A DNA stretch of 64,000 bases from Octopus sinensis (lineage: Eukaryota): positions 107,012,001 through 107,076,000 of the forward strand of contig NC_043002.1 of assembly GCF_006345805.1 (NCBI RefSeq), written 5' to 3'. Of this stretch, positions 51,671 to 63,941 are shown piece after piece (position 1 is the first letter of the stretch; each line of letters opens with the position of its first letter). The position numbers and the translations under genes are program-made. The notes beneath the pieces were generated by a model, which worked only from the letters and a program-made list of their open reading frames with translations, made no database searches and was not told where the DNA came from.

Positions 51671-51808
51671 GCATATATATATATAGGCATATATATCGTT
51701 TAGCGTCCGCTTTCCATGCTAGCATGGGTTGGACAGTTCAACTGGGGTCTGGGAAGCCAGAAGGCTGCACCAGGCCCAGTCTGATCTGGCAATGTTTCTA
51801 CATATATG

Positions 51809-51889
<81 letters not shown>

Positions 51890-52427
51890 TATATACATAT
51901 ATATATATATACATATATATACATGCATATATACATATATATATTGCATACATATATACACATACATATATATATATATATATGCACACGCACATATATA
52001 TATATATACATACATACATATACATATATATATATATATGCACACGCACACACATATATGAGGTGTTATCAAGTTGGCAAGCTGGCAGAATTGTTAGCAC
52101 GCCAGGCAGTATGTGTAGCGCTATTTCATCTGTCTTCGTGTTCTTAGTTCAAATGCAGCTGGGGTTGACTTTGCCTTCCATCCTTTCGGAGTTGATAAAT
52201 TAAGTACTAGTTATGCACTGGTTCCCTCTCCCCAAACTTAAGACCTTGTGCCGATACTAGAAAGGGATGTATGAGGTGGTATCAAAAAGTTCCCCAAATA
52301 GTCCAGTAGTGCACCAACAGATGGCATCACATGATTGCACGTGCAGTGTGAGCTAGCAGCGACCTTCATGAGTTAGTGTGCCAAGTGACATTGCTGTATC
52401 TTCAAAATGCAAGCATTTTATTATATA

Positions 52428-52825
52428 CTAGCAGTATCGCCTGGCGTTGCTCGGGTTTGTAAGGGAAATAACGATATAAGCATTTTTAGAGATGTAAAGT
52501 ATAATAGCCATCTCAATATGGCTAACCACAAAGGGGGTGTGTGTTACTGTAGCCTTTTACGTTCTGAGATTTAATAATAAATTTTTAGAGAGTTACTTCC
52601 CTTATATATGCCAAAAATGCATTAAAAATGGGAAAAATTGATGGTAAATTTTTTTTTAAATCGTAGACTCATCGTAGACGCGCGCTAATACCCAGAAGGG
52701 CTCGATATGAATCACGACTATAAGATACCCGGTTTTGGTTAAACTGCACCGCAAAATGTGGGAGTAGTTAGGAATCTAAATCGTAGGAGACAGACAGCAC
52801 ACAACCTTACTTTTATATATAAAGA
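52428..52825 (-). mobile_element. Non-autonomous Helitron (same family as 47414)
   Basis: Same TC/CTAG ends and subterminal hairpin, with a single internal unit plus an ~80-bp alternative segment. Confidence 0.85.
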
Positions 52826-52980
52826 TGTGTTGTAATTTGTATTGATTTTGAATTGAAACAATTCTAATCAATTATTTACGTTATTTGCATTATTTACATT
52901 TGGATGGATATTTGTCCTCATCTTGTTTGTTGTTAACATGTTTCAGTTGCTATAACCACTACACCATATGCCCGTGAGTA

Positions 52981-53046
52981 TATGGCGTAGTGGTTAAGAG
53001 CACAGGCTACCAACCCCAAGATTCCGAGTTCAATTCCAGACTGTGA

Positions 53047-53087
<41 letters not shown>

Positions 53088-53145
53088 GTATCAAAAAATA
53101 CCTTAGGAATGAGAACCCAGGTTCGAAATTTCCCCTAGACACCTG
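52981..53145 (+). mobile_element. tRNA-headed SINE with (AAT)n linker, truncated at the start of the hammerhead tail
   Basis: A box tggcgtagtgg, B box gagttcaattcc, (AAT)n, then ttaggaatgagaacccaggttcgaaatttcccctagacacctg. Confidence 0.7.
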
Positions 53146-53474
53146 TACAGGTGCAATGGGGTGCCACATGTCAGAGGTTGAGATGATTGCAGAGCAATGT
53201 GAAATGAAGTGCTTTGCTCAAGAACACAACACAATGCCCTTAGTGGTTAGGGCATTTGGCTCACATTCATAAGTTCGTGAGTTCAATTCCTGGCAACACA
53301 TTGTGTCCTTGAGCAAGACACTTTATTTCACGTTGCTCCAGTCCACTCACCTGGCAAATAGAGTAGCACCTGTATTTCAAAGGGTCAGCTTTGTTACACT
53401 CTGTGTCACGCTGAATCTCCCCCGAGAACTACGTTAAAGGTACGTGTGTCTGTGGAGTGCTCAGCCACTTGCAC

Positions 53475-53535
<61 letters not shown>

Positions 53536-53821
53536 AATCAAATCAAATTCAATGACTGGCACCTGTGCCAGTGGAGCGCTGAGCGCACCATCCGGCATGG
53601 GTTGGATAGTTTGAGTGAGAGCTGGCAAGCTGGGGAGCTGCACCAGGTTCTAATCTGACTTGGCAAGATTTCTATAGCTGAATGCCCTTCCTAACGCCAA
53701 CCACTCCAAGAGTGTAGTGGGTGTTTTTTATGTGCCATCGCCACTGGTGCCATTGACCTCACTATTCTATATTGTAAATCTATGGTTATATTTCCAGTTA
53801 TCACTTTTGTACAGAGTGATA

Positions 53822-54153
53822 TACAAGACAAGGCAGAGGTAAGAGTCATTACATATTCGTTTATTGTTGTAAATATGCCTCACAGTTGTTTCTGATAATC
53901 ATTGTTGGTTCATTGATTGATTGGTTTGCTTAATTGGGGCGTCAATCAGTCGAGAAAAGTTGAACAACTTTAAAGATCTAATGCTATCTTCGTCGTAGTT
54001 AGAGTATTCATGACAAAAATGGCATTAGTTCTTTAAGGTCATTCAACTTTTCTCAATTGATCAATAGAGTGATTGACTAAACTGATCAATGACTCTTGGA
54101 AGCAGCTGTGAGTCATATTTACAACAATAAAAGAATATGTCATGACCCTGTCT

Positions 54154-54157
<4 letters not shown>
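53822..54157. mobile_element. ~335-bp fold-back MITE with TA flanks
   Basis: tacaagac..acatattcgtttattgttgtaaatatg is mirrored by catatttacaacaataaaagaatatgt..gtcttgta. Inner arms gagaaaagttgaa / ttcaacttttctc. Confidence 0.8.
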
Positions 54158-54192
<35 letters not shown>

Positions 54193-54381
54193 GTGTAGCA
54201 AAATATAAGTTAGAGGTTATGCAACCATCTAAGGGATAGATGATGTATCCATAAACACTCCTGGTGTATTACCTTACTATGTAAATTCCTAGCTATAAGG
54301 TATATAGTAGTAGGTAATTTGAAAGTGAAACTGTGGTTTAATAAATATAGAAAAGAAAAGAAGTGGAGCAATAACTAACAA

Positions 54382-54466
54382 TGAGAAGTTGATCATTGGT
54401 ATTAAAAAGTCATTTTCCGAACTATAATTAAATAATGACATTTTAATACCAATGGTCAGCTTCTCA
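54382..54466. repeat. 85-nt hairpin (~33-bp stem, ~19-nt loop)
   Basis: tgagaagttgatcattggtattaaaaagtcatt / aatgacattttaataccaatggtcagcttctca. Confidence 0.8.
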
Positions 54467-54499
54467 ATGTGAATTCTTGCTCCATTTCTTTTCTTTGCT

Positions 54500-54606
54500 A
54501 CTGCGTGGCACCTTAGGCAAGTGTCTTCTACTATAGCCTCGGGCCGACCAAAGCCTTGTGAGTGGATTTAGTAGATGGAAACTGAAAGAAGCCCGTTGTA
54601 TATATG

Positions 54607-54701
<95 letters not shown>

Positions 54702-54920
54702 TTTGTATATCTGTGTTTGTCCCCCCCCAACATCGCTTGACAACCGATGCTGGTGTGTTTATGTCCCCGTCACTTAGCGGTTCGGCAAAGAGACCGATAG
54801 AATAAGTACTGGGCTTACAAAGAATAAGTCCCGGGGTCGAGTTGCTCGATTAAAGGCGGTGCTCCAGCATGGCCGCAGTCAAATGACTGAAACAAGTAAA
54901 AAAGTAAAAGAGTAAAGAGA
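54500..54920 (+). mobile_element. Composite tRNA-derived SINE (31742 family), 5'-truncated
   Basis: Direct match to body and tail. Confidence 0.85.
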
Positions 54921-55757
54921 GTATATATATATATATTCTGCTGTTTCTCACTCTCTCACTCCTTCCCCTGCACTTCCCTCAGGTTGAATAACCATGTATT
55001 TCCTTTGTGGCAGTGCATTTGTTACTGTCTTCATTCCTGATCTCTCTCTCTCTCTCGTACCCCCTCTACATCAAGGCACCTGTTTCTGTCTCTCTGTTTC
55101 ACTATAACCTTTCGTCATTTGACACAAGATCACCTCCTCCAATGCCCCCTCCCCTCCCAAAAGATTTTTTTGTCTTGCAAGATATTCGGTGACCCTGTCA
55201 ATGCAGGTGCCACTTAAAAAGCACCCAGTCCACACTAAAGTGGTTGGTGTTCAGAAGAGCATCCAGCTGTAAAAATCCTGCCAAAACAGTCACAGAAGTC
55301 TGGTGCAGGCTTCTTCTTGGCCAGTAGCTGTCAAACCGTCCCACCCATGCCAGCATGGAAGTCAGACATTAAGCGATGATGATGATGATAAAACATACTC
55401 CCCTCCCTAGAATAACTTCCATTTCTCATTATCATCTCTGCCCACACTATTTCTAATAATTACCTCCTTTTCTGACTTCAACCATTTCTCTTTGACAATT
55501 TTTGATATCTTGGCATCTGAAGCAGCTAGAGATACGATAGTTTGAGCAAAAGAATTGGCTATTGAAAAAAACATGTTTGGCCAAATATGGACATATGACA
55601 GTTTAACATATTACCAAAGATATTGTCTCTGATGATGGAATTTCCCATACTTGGAGATATCCCCAAGTATTATTTCCAGTAATAATATTGTATACGACTT
55701 GAGGTGTTTGCCTTGCCTTAATGTTTGTTGTCATGCTTAACAATTATATATATATAT

Positions 55758-56420
55758 CATCATCATCATCGTTTAACATCCGTTCTCCATGCTAGCATGG
55801 ATTGGACAGTTCAACCGGGGATCTGGGAAGCCAGAAGGCTGCACCAGGCTCCAGTCTGATCTGGCAGTGTTTCTACAGCTGGATGCCCTTCCTAATACCA
55901 TCCATTCCAAGAGCATAGTGGGTGCTTTTTATGTGCCACCAGCACAGGAGCCAGTCAGGTGGGCCTGGAATCGATCACGTTCGGTTAGTGCTTTTTACGT
56001 ACTACTGGCACAGGACCCAGTGAGGAGGCACTGGCCACATATTGGTTTTACTTGACCCAAGCATATCATATCGCCCAATGCTTCAGGGGTACCCTTAACT
56101 GGGCCAGACATGCATGGCTGCAGTCTCACTTTAGTTGCTGGGTCTTCTCAATCACAGCATATCTCCAAAGGTCTTGGTCTCCTGTCATTGCCTCTGTGAG
56201 GCCCAATGTGCGAAGGTCATGCTTCACCACCTCATCCCATGTCTTCCTGGGTCTGCCTCTTCCACAGGTTCCTTCCACAATTAAGGAGTGGCACTTCCTC
56301 ACACAGCTGTCCTCATTCCTGAGTGAGAGGCCCTTAGTTGCCAGCAGACGTAGGAGCTTCTTGAAGTTTACCCAGGCTTTTCTTATTCTAGCTGCTACAC
56401 TCTCGGAGCAACCTCCCCAC
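55758..56420 (-). mobile_element. RTE LINE 3' end (ORF2 C-terminus with internal deletion, 3' UTR, (GAT)n tail)
   Basis: GGCSESVAARIRKAW..GLSLR joined to NEDSCVRKC..GRGRPRKTWDEV, followed immediately by the 66-bp-unit UTR. Confidence 0.88.
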
Positions 56421-56801
56421 TGCAATACACATATACATTCACACATATGTATGCGTATACCCCTGCCTTCACATTGTGCGATGGTTGTAAATTAAGTATC
56501 ACCTTCATACATGCAGTGTCACTCAATTCCAATCTTCTGCGACACAATGTCTGGCCGTAGGGGAATATTAGTTACCTGGAAACAGGTGAGTGTTGGCAAC
56601 AGGAGAAGCATCCGGCCATAGAAAATATTCCTCAATAATTTCCATCTGACCCATGCAAACATGGAAAAGTGGATAGTAAACGATGATGATGACGGCAATG
56701 ATGATGATGATGATGATTTTTACTTCAGTTTAGGATGTCTTGGAATTGGGTTCTCCAAGCATGACTCCATAAATAATATTAAATTCACACAAACAATTCA
56801 C

Positions 56802-56974
56802 AAGGCGCAGGAGTGGCTGTGTGGTAAGTAGCTTGCTAACCAACCACATGGTTCCGGGTTCAGTCCCACTGCGTGGCATCTTAGGCAAGTGTCTTCTGCT
56901 ATAGCCTCGGGCCGACCAATGCCTTGTGAGTGAATTTGGTAGATGGAAACTGAAAGAAGCCTGTCGTATATATG

Positions 56975-57005
<31 letters not shown>

Positions 57006-57212
57006 TTGTGTGTCTGTGTTTGTCCCCCTAGCATTGCTTGACAACCGATGCCGGTGTGTTTACGTCCCCGTCACTTAGCGGTTCGGCAAAAGATACTGGT
57101 AGAATAAGTACTGGGCTTACAAAGAATAAGTCCCGGGGTCGATTTGCGCGACTAGAGGCAGTGCTCCAGCATGGCCGCAGTCAAATGACTGAAACAAGTA
57201 AAAGAGTAAAAG
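56802..57212 (+). mobile_element. Composite tRNA-derived SINE (31742 family)
   Basis: Full-length match. Confidence 0.85.
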
Positions 57213-57379
57213 TGTAAACATGTTATTTATTATTGTTTAGCCTCAGGTCAGTCCTGATCAGTAGAACTATGATCGATATTGATCATAAGACTATTGAGTG
57301 AAGTGTTTCCAACCATGGCTATCACATCTTTTAGACAAACTATATTAAATTATCATATCATCTAGTCGCAAGCTACAAG

Positions 57380-57660
57380 CACATAATAGTTGTGAAACCA
57401 CATGCTGGCTAATGGAAAATGCAAGCTTATATGTGATAGATGTACTAGAGCGGGACACACTATAAACACACCAGAAATAGGTTACTTTACATGCCTGGAT
57501 GGCTCGCTAGAAGTAGGCCATTGCATTTGTAACCTAGGAGATGTTATTAGCAAGGGAGACGGTTACTTCAAAACTATAGTAGCCAGTCTAAGAATGGGTT
57601 GTGGAAAGTTCAGGTAGCTATGACTATCGATGGCAACAAAGGTGATTGCCCTTAGATGAG
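57380..57660 (+). mobile_element. Old RTE LINE relic
   Basis: LICDRC..LEV..LGDVISKG..IVASLRMGCGKFR aligns with the 37.9-38.1 kb RTE frame. Confidence 0.65.
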
Positions 57661-57698
57661 GCTTTTTGCCCTAAAAGTCTAAGGGCCTGTTTCTTTAA

Positions 57699-57917
57699 CC
57701 CTTTAGTGTTCAGATTATTCTATCAAACATAATGCCTGTTGATTCCCATTGATTTGAATTAATCATGCATTATTTCATATCTTCAAGAGCTTGATGGTGT
57801 AATTACTTAATGTAGAATAACATTGTAGGGTAGGTGTGAGAGCCTGGATCTGGTCAGTTTGAACATAAAACAGATTAACTATTTTGGCCAGATATGGCCG
57901 GTTTAAATACTAAAGGG
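57699..57917. mobile_element. piggyBac-type MITE
   Basis: TTAA|CCCTTTAGTGTT ... TACTAAAGGG|TTAA. Confidence 0.85.
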
Positions 57918-58194
57918 TTAAATGAAGCTAGAGAACCATGGAAAAGATGGAAAGAACTGGAATCTGTTAGAAACCATTAAAACTGGAGAATTTGTAAGGA
58001 ATATATCAACGAACTGCGTTTTACACAGGGAGCTGAATTATGAAGGAGAAGAATAATTCATTTATTAACCCCATGACAAAAGTTTTTATCAGGCAATTAG
58101 GTTGCACTGACAGTTATAATCTTGGCTGAGATCAGCAATTAGTGCATGGCAATGGTTCAGTGTATATTTACATCAACCGCTTTAAAGTATGCAC

Positions 58195-58371
58195 TCTTTT
58201 ACTTGTTTCAGTCATTTGACTGTGGCCATGCTGGAGCACCACCTTTAGTCGAGCAAATCAACCCCAGGACTTATTCTTTTTAAGCCTAGTACTTATTCCA
58301 TCGGTCACATATTTTTGAACCACTAATTTACGATGGTGGGGAGACAAACACACACACACGCACCACACACA

Positions 58372-58420
<49 letters not shown>

Positions 58421-58610
58421 TCACACACACACATATATACATATATATGACAGGCTTCCTTCAATTTCTGTCTACCAAATCCACTCACAAGGCTTTCGCC
58501 AGCCCGAGGCTATAGTAGAAGACACTTGCCCAAGGCGCCTTGCAGTGGAAATGAACTCAGAACCATGTGGTTGGTAAGCAAGCTACTTACCACACAGCCA
58601 CTCCTGCGCC
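58195..58610 (-). mobile_element. Composite tRNA-derived SINE (31742 family)
   Basis: Reverse-complement match. Confidence 0.8.
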
Positions 58611-58775
58611 TTTTTTTTATGTAAACTGTCATCACTGTGAAGACCGTAAATTCAACGAAACTGGCGTGGCTGGATGTGACTGATTTCTGTGAAGGACCAG
58701 AATTTGCTGAATGTGAATTTGATAGGAAGTCATAGCGGAAATGGTGGTGTAACTGCCAAAACTGTTGCTTTTATA

Positions 58776-59370
58776 CTTATTTCTTTATTGCCCACAAGGG
58801 GCTAAACATAAAGGGGACAAACAAATGGATTAAATCGATTACATTGACTCCAGTGCATAACTGGTACTTATTTAATCGACCCCGAAAGGATGAAAGGCAA
58901 AGTCAACCTCAGTGGAATTTGAACTCAGAACATAGCAGCAGAGGAAATACCTATTTCTTTATTACCCACAAGGGGCTAAACATAGAGAGGACAAACAAGG
59001 ACAGACATAGGTATTAAGTCGATTACATCGACCCCAGTGTGTAACTGGTACTTAATTTTATCGACCCCGAAAGGATGAAAGGCAAAGTCGACCTTGGTGG
59101 AATTTGTACTCAGAACATAGCAGCAGAGGAAATACTTATTTCTTTATTACCCACAAGGGGCTAAACATAGAGAGGACAAACAAGGACAGACATAGGTATT
59201 AAGTTGATTACATCGACCCCAGTGTGTAACTGGTACTTAATTTATCGACCCCGAAAGGATGAAAGGCAAAGTCGACCTCGGTGGAATTTGAACTCAGAAC
59301 GTAACGGCAGATGAAATACCGCTGAGCATTTCACCTGGCGTGCTAACGATTCTGCCAGCTCGCCACCTTG
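58776..59370 (-). mobile_element. Meta-domain-like SINE: one head plus three tandem bodies
   Basis: tatttctttatt..cccacaagggg recurs at ~58776, ~58951 and ~59136; head at ~59330-59370. Confidence 0.9.
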
Positions 59371-59420
59371 CTGCTTTTATACTATTATGGTGATGAAGTC
59401 TCAAACTGAGTTAGAAATAT

Positions 59421-59454
<34 letters not shown>

Positions 59455-59894
59455 AATTATTGTATACAGTGCTCAGGTGCACCACAACTTGTCAGAAAGT
59501 GCATATAAAGTACATGCAGTAATGTAAAAATGTCTGGAAAGCGAACAATGTATGAGTCAGATACATGCCTACATGAAGAGTCTAACAAACCTAACAGATT
59601 CCTTGAAATTTGCACAGGGTGACCTCTATTATCAATTCCGTAAGTGATAGTGTATAGTTATGTCAACCAGGACGCAAACAGGTACAAAAACCACAGCAGA
59701 TAGGGCTGCATATATTTTCCTCATCTGATTCAAATTTACATCAACCGACGTTATAGGGTTAATTATTTTGTGCCATCCCTGTTTTGCAGGGCAACTGTTT
59801 ATCAGTTCATGGCAGCTTCATTGTGGATTCAGTATTTGACCTCTGATGCAGTATGGATCACTGAATCTTTCGGTTAGACACATGATATTCTATT

Positions 59895-60315
59895 AACTTA
59901 CTCTTTTACTTGTTTCAGTCATTTGACTGTGGCCATGCTGGAGCACCGCCTTTAATTGAACAAACCGACCCCAGGACTTATTCTTTGTAAGCCCAATATT
60001 TATTCTATCGGTCTCTTTTTGCCGAACCGCTAAGTGACGGGGACGTAAATACACCAGCATCAGTTGCCAAGCGATGTTGGAGGACAAACATATACTTACA
60101 CACACACACACACACATATCTATCTGTATATATATATATGTATACATATATACGACGGGCTTCTTCAGTTTCCGTCTACCAAATCCACTCAGAAGGCTTT
60201 GGTCGGCTCGAAGCTATAGTAGAAGACACTTGCCCAAGGTGCCATGCAGTGGGACTGAACCTGAACCATGTGGTTGGTAAGCAAGCTACTTACCACATAG
60301 CCACTCCTGTGCCTA
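59895..60315 (-). mobile_element. Composite tRNA-derived SINE (31742 family)
   Basis: Reverse-complement match; ends ~75 bp upstream of the ABCB9-like acceptor. Confidence 0.85.
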
Positions 60316-60406
60316 TAACTTGATCAGAAATAAATAAATAAAATGTTTTCTCTGGTTCTTTTAATTTTATATTTTTCAAATTTTTTTCAGGGTTCAGTAA
60401 AAAGTG

Positions 60407-60623
60407 ATGTCCAACAACATCAGTGTCAGTGGTCACATGATTAACAACAATGATGATGACGATGATGATGACCCTCTGCTTGATGCCGAGATGTATGGAG
60501 ATTGGTCCTCACAGCAAACTACCTGCAAAAGCTTCTACACTCTCCCCAGGTTTCGCTATGTCAATGTTATTAAAGGTCTCCTCTTTATTGATGGTTTTCT
60601 TACTGCTATTCTTTGGCTCACAG
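60407..60623 (+). CDS. ABCB9: ABCB9/TAPL-like half ABC transporter, coding exon 1
   Basis: Acceptor ttttttcag at 60390, ATG at 60407, donor CAG|GTAAAG. Encodes MSNNISVSGHMINNNDDDDDDDPLLDAEMY..VIKGLLFIDGFLTAILWLT. Phase 1 matches the next exon. Confidence 0.8.
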
Positions 60624-61352
60624 GTAAAGTTACCATTCTTACACTTTCATTTCTTGTACTTCTCTTTATATTTTTTCATTCCACCTCCTTCAGATTTTCA
60701 TCTTAAGTGCTGCTAAAAAGGTACAGTTTTGGTTAGTTTTTGTTATATATATGACTGGCCCTTGTGCCAGTGGCACGTAAAAAGCACCCACTACACTCTT
60801 GGAGTGGTTGATGTTAGGAAGGGCATCCAGATGTAGAAACATTGCCAGATCAGATTGGAGGCTGGTGCAACCTTCTGGCTTGCCAGCCCTCAGTGAAAAC
60901 CGTCCAACCCATGCCAGCATGGAAAGCAGACGTTAAATGACGACGAGGACGATGATATATGTTCTTCTACTTGTTTCAGTCATTTGACTGTGGCCATGCT
61001 GAGTGGTTGGTGTTAGGAAGGGTATCCAGCCATAAAAACCCTGCCAAAACAGACACAGTAGCCTAGGGTAGTTTTCTACCTAGCTGGCTCCTGTCACCTG
61101 TCTTATCCATGGAAGATGGACGTTAAACGATGACAGGTGGTGAACTGACAGAATCATTAGCACACCTGAAAAATTTCTCAGCAGTATTTTGTGCGACTTT
61201 ACGTTCTGAGTTCAGATTCTATCAATGTTGACTTTGCCTTTCATCCTTTTGGGATTGATAAAATAAGAACCAGTTGAACAGTGGGGTTGGTTTAATCAAC
61301 TTACCCCTCTCCTAAATTGCTGAACCAATATTTATTTGAATTTATTTTACAG

Positions 61353-61861
61353 GTGGAGACTCTCAATACTTTGTTGACAACATCCTGCAGTTTCACATGC
61401 GTCAATCAGTGTTTGATCTCGTCTTGATAAACGAAGTGAAAATGGTCCTTCTCAGCATTGTTTACTATTTCATGGAATTGATGTCCTTCCGACAGATTGA
61501 CCAACCTTTTGATGTCCAAGTTACTAAGAAAAAATGCTTGTGTCATGTCACAGCTATTAGCATAAATCTAATCTGCTTTGCTTACTCAGTGACTAAAGGT
61601 GGCAACATCCTCTATGCAATTCTCAATGAAACCAACACCTACACACCTATGCACATTGAGTACAACGTGTTAGTAATAACTTCCATAGCATTTGGTCTTC
61701 TGCAGTTCCTGCTTTCGTTCTATAGTTTCAGAGCAATGCGAAAGTTGCGAGCCATGCGCATTTTGCACCGATTCAATGATTATGGTCAAGAAATCGACAG
61801 TGAAGGTCATCCAGTGAAAAAAAAGGCAAACTTGAAACGTGTTCTATTGCTTGCCTCTCCA
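61353..61861 (+). CDS. ABCB9: ABCB9/TAPL-like transporter, coding exon 2 (TMD0 and linker)
   Basis: ttttacag|GT..CCA|GTAAGT with an open frame. DNILQFHMRQSVFDL resembles recalled human TAPL EDIRHFNIFDSVLDL. Three further TM segments; ends KANLKRVLLLASP. Confidence 0.88.
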
Positions 61862-62610
61862 GTAAGTCATTCTTTGTTTGTCTTTGAAGCTTTCAAAAAA
61901 CAATTTTTTGTTAGCCTTCTTTTTACGAAGTTTTATTTCAAAATGTTTTGGTGTTGATGTGGGTTTGCTACTGCAAATTTAGTTTCCAAATTGTAAGACT
62001 AAATCCACTTTTATATAAAAAAAAAAATGTCACTCTCTTATTTCAATATTTTCATTGCGGTACTGCCCTGATCACAAGTTTTTGTAGTCAGAAGTATCGA
62101 CTTTTTCACAGGATGTCTGCTGTGTATTTCTGGCAAAAAACTAAACTTAGTGAATGTAGATTAAGATGTTTAGGCAAGATACAAAAGATAACACATCCAG
62201 TAGATTTTTCACTCTGAAAGACAGTAAAATTGTTATCAATTCAACCTTGATTTAATAAATTATCAATTGCTTTATAGTTCATAATAACAGATAGCTATCA
62301 ATGGTTGATTTAGCATAACGATTAGTAACGAGTGTTATGCTGTATTCAGAACTTCATCAAGTGTGCTTCCTCTCAGTTTTTTCCTTCCAACTTTCACTCA
62401 GGTTGTTGTGAGGCTATAAAAAATGATATTTACCCAAAATGTCATACAGTCAGATTGAACCTGGGACTTTGTGGTTGTGAAGTAAACGTCTTAACCATTC
62501 CACCCTAATGCATTTCTGTTTGTGAAACAGTTCTGATAGAAACATTAAAACAAACTTTTGACTTGCTTTCAGTGTTTTTGTTTTTCTGTTTATTTTTGTT
62601 TTTTTTTTAG

Positions 62611-62722
62611 GAAGCTGGTATGCTTATGATTGGTTTTGTTGCTCTTATTATCTCAAGCATCGCCCAGATGTTGGCACCATTGTTCTTTGGAAAAGTTGTT
62701 GATGCTGCACTCAAGTCAATGG
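62611..62722 (+). CDS. ABCB9: ABCB9/TAPL-like transporter, coding exon 3 (start of core TMD)
   Basis: Long T tract plus ag|GAA, donor G|GTGAGA. EAGMLMIGFVALIISSIAQMLAPLFFGKVVDAALKSM is a typical ABCB core TM1 region. The gene continues beyond the window. Confidence 0.9.
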
Positions 62723-63941
62723 GTGAGAAATTTGTGTTTGCTGTATATTTTCAATGCCTTCTTGGTGAAATCATGGAACCAAATACACAGAGAGAAATAA
62801 AATACTTCAAAAAAATTATTTGACTTAGAGGAAGAAGTTCAATGTCTCTGACAGATATTTGATGGTGTGTGGCGCGGATGGGAGGATTCTTGCAACAAAA
62901 TATAGTCTCTGTTAACAAGAGCATTTTTGGGTCAGATGTTGGTGTTACAGTAGGGGAGGGATTAAGTCTATCATCTGAAAAACTTGGTCCCTTCCATGGC
63001 CTTCCACACAGTTTCCATCTATCAAATTACACTTATGAGGCTTCGGTTGACCCATGGCTATTGTAGATGACCCTATGTCTTACAGTGGAATTGAACCTGA
63101 GATCACATGGTTGTGATGCACATTTTCTCACAACACAGCCATACTTGCACTGCATGAGGATGGAAGCCACCAAAATTAAGTTTTTTTCAATAAACGATGA
63201 AATAATTAATAAATTTATTTTTTTTCACTTTATTCAGCATTATGTTTGTATTTATCTCTTCTTCATCTTGAAGTATTCATCATCCAAAGCTGCCAAGTCC
63301 AGACACCCTGCCCAAGTATGTCACTGGTATATCTATGAACACAGTTGTACCTTCTCCTAGGGATATGTTTTGACAAAAGCTCAGAGTTGCCTTACTCCCA
63401 GTAATATTACAGCACACTGGGTACTAACCCAGAATTTCTAAGTCTGTGCACTAAAAGTGGTCTTAAAAAAGATAGGGTAGTCAGATCTGGAATGTCTTCA
63501 GTCATACATCAGGGCTAACTTTGAGCAATAACAACAGCAATAACAACAATAATTCTATATTTTCAGTAATTTGGGTTTGTGAACTGTTGTTATCGTTGAT
63601 TAAACCTAAGGTCATCCTTGATCAAGGAAACCTATAAAGGCCTTCTAGTACCATATTGTCCAATATGGCATTCTTGTTTTAAGCTGATAGGATGTAATTT
63701 GGTGGGATTTGGTTGCTATTTCTAGCAAGTCAAGCAACAGCATATATATTCTTTTATTTTTCTACTGGTTTCAGTCATTGGATTGTGTGGATTTCTTGAG
63801 CTACGTTATCCTACGTGCCCTTCCTTTTATAAGGATTGTAGTGTATGACAAGAGGTTTTGTACAGTTCTATATTTAAGAGATGAGGAATAATGTACATTA
63901 TTTACATTCGACGGATATTTGTCCTCATCTTGTTTGTTGTT

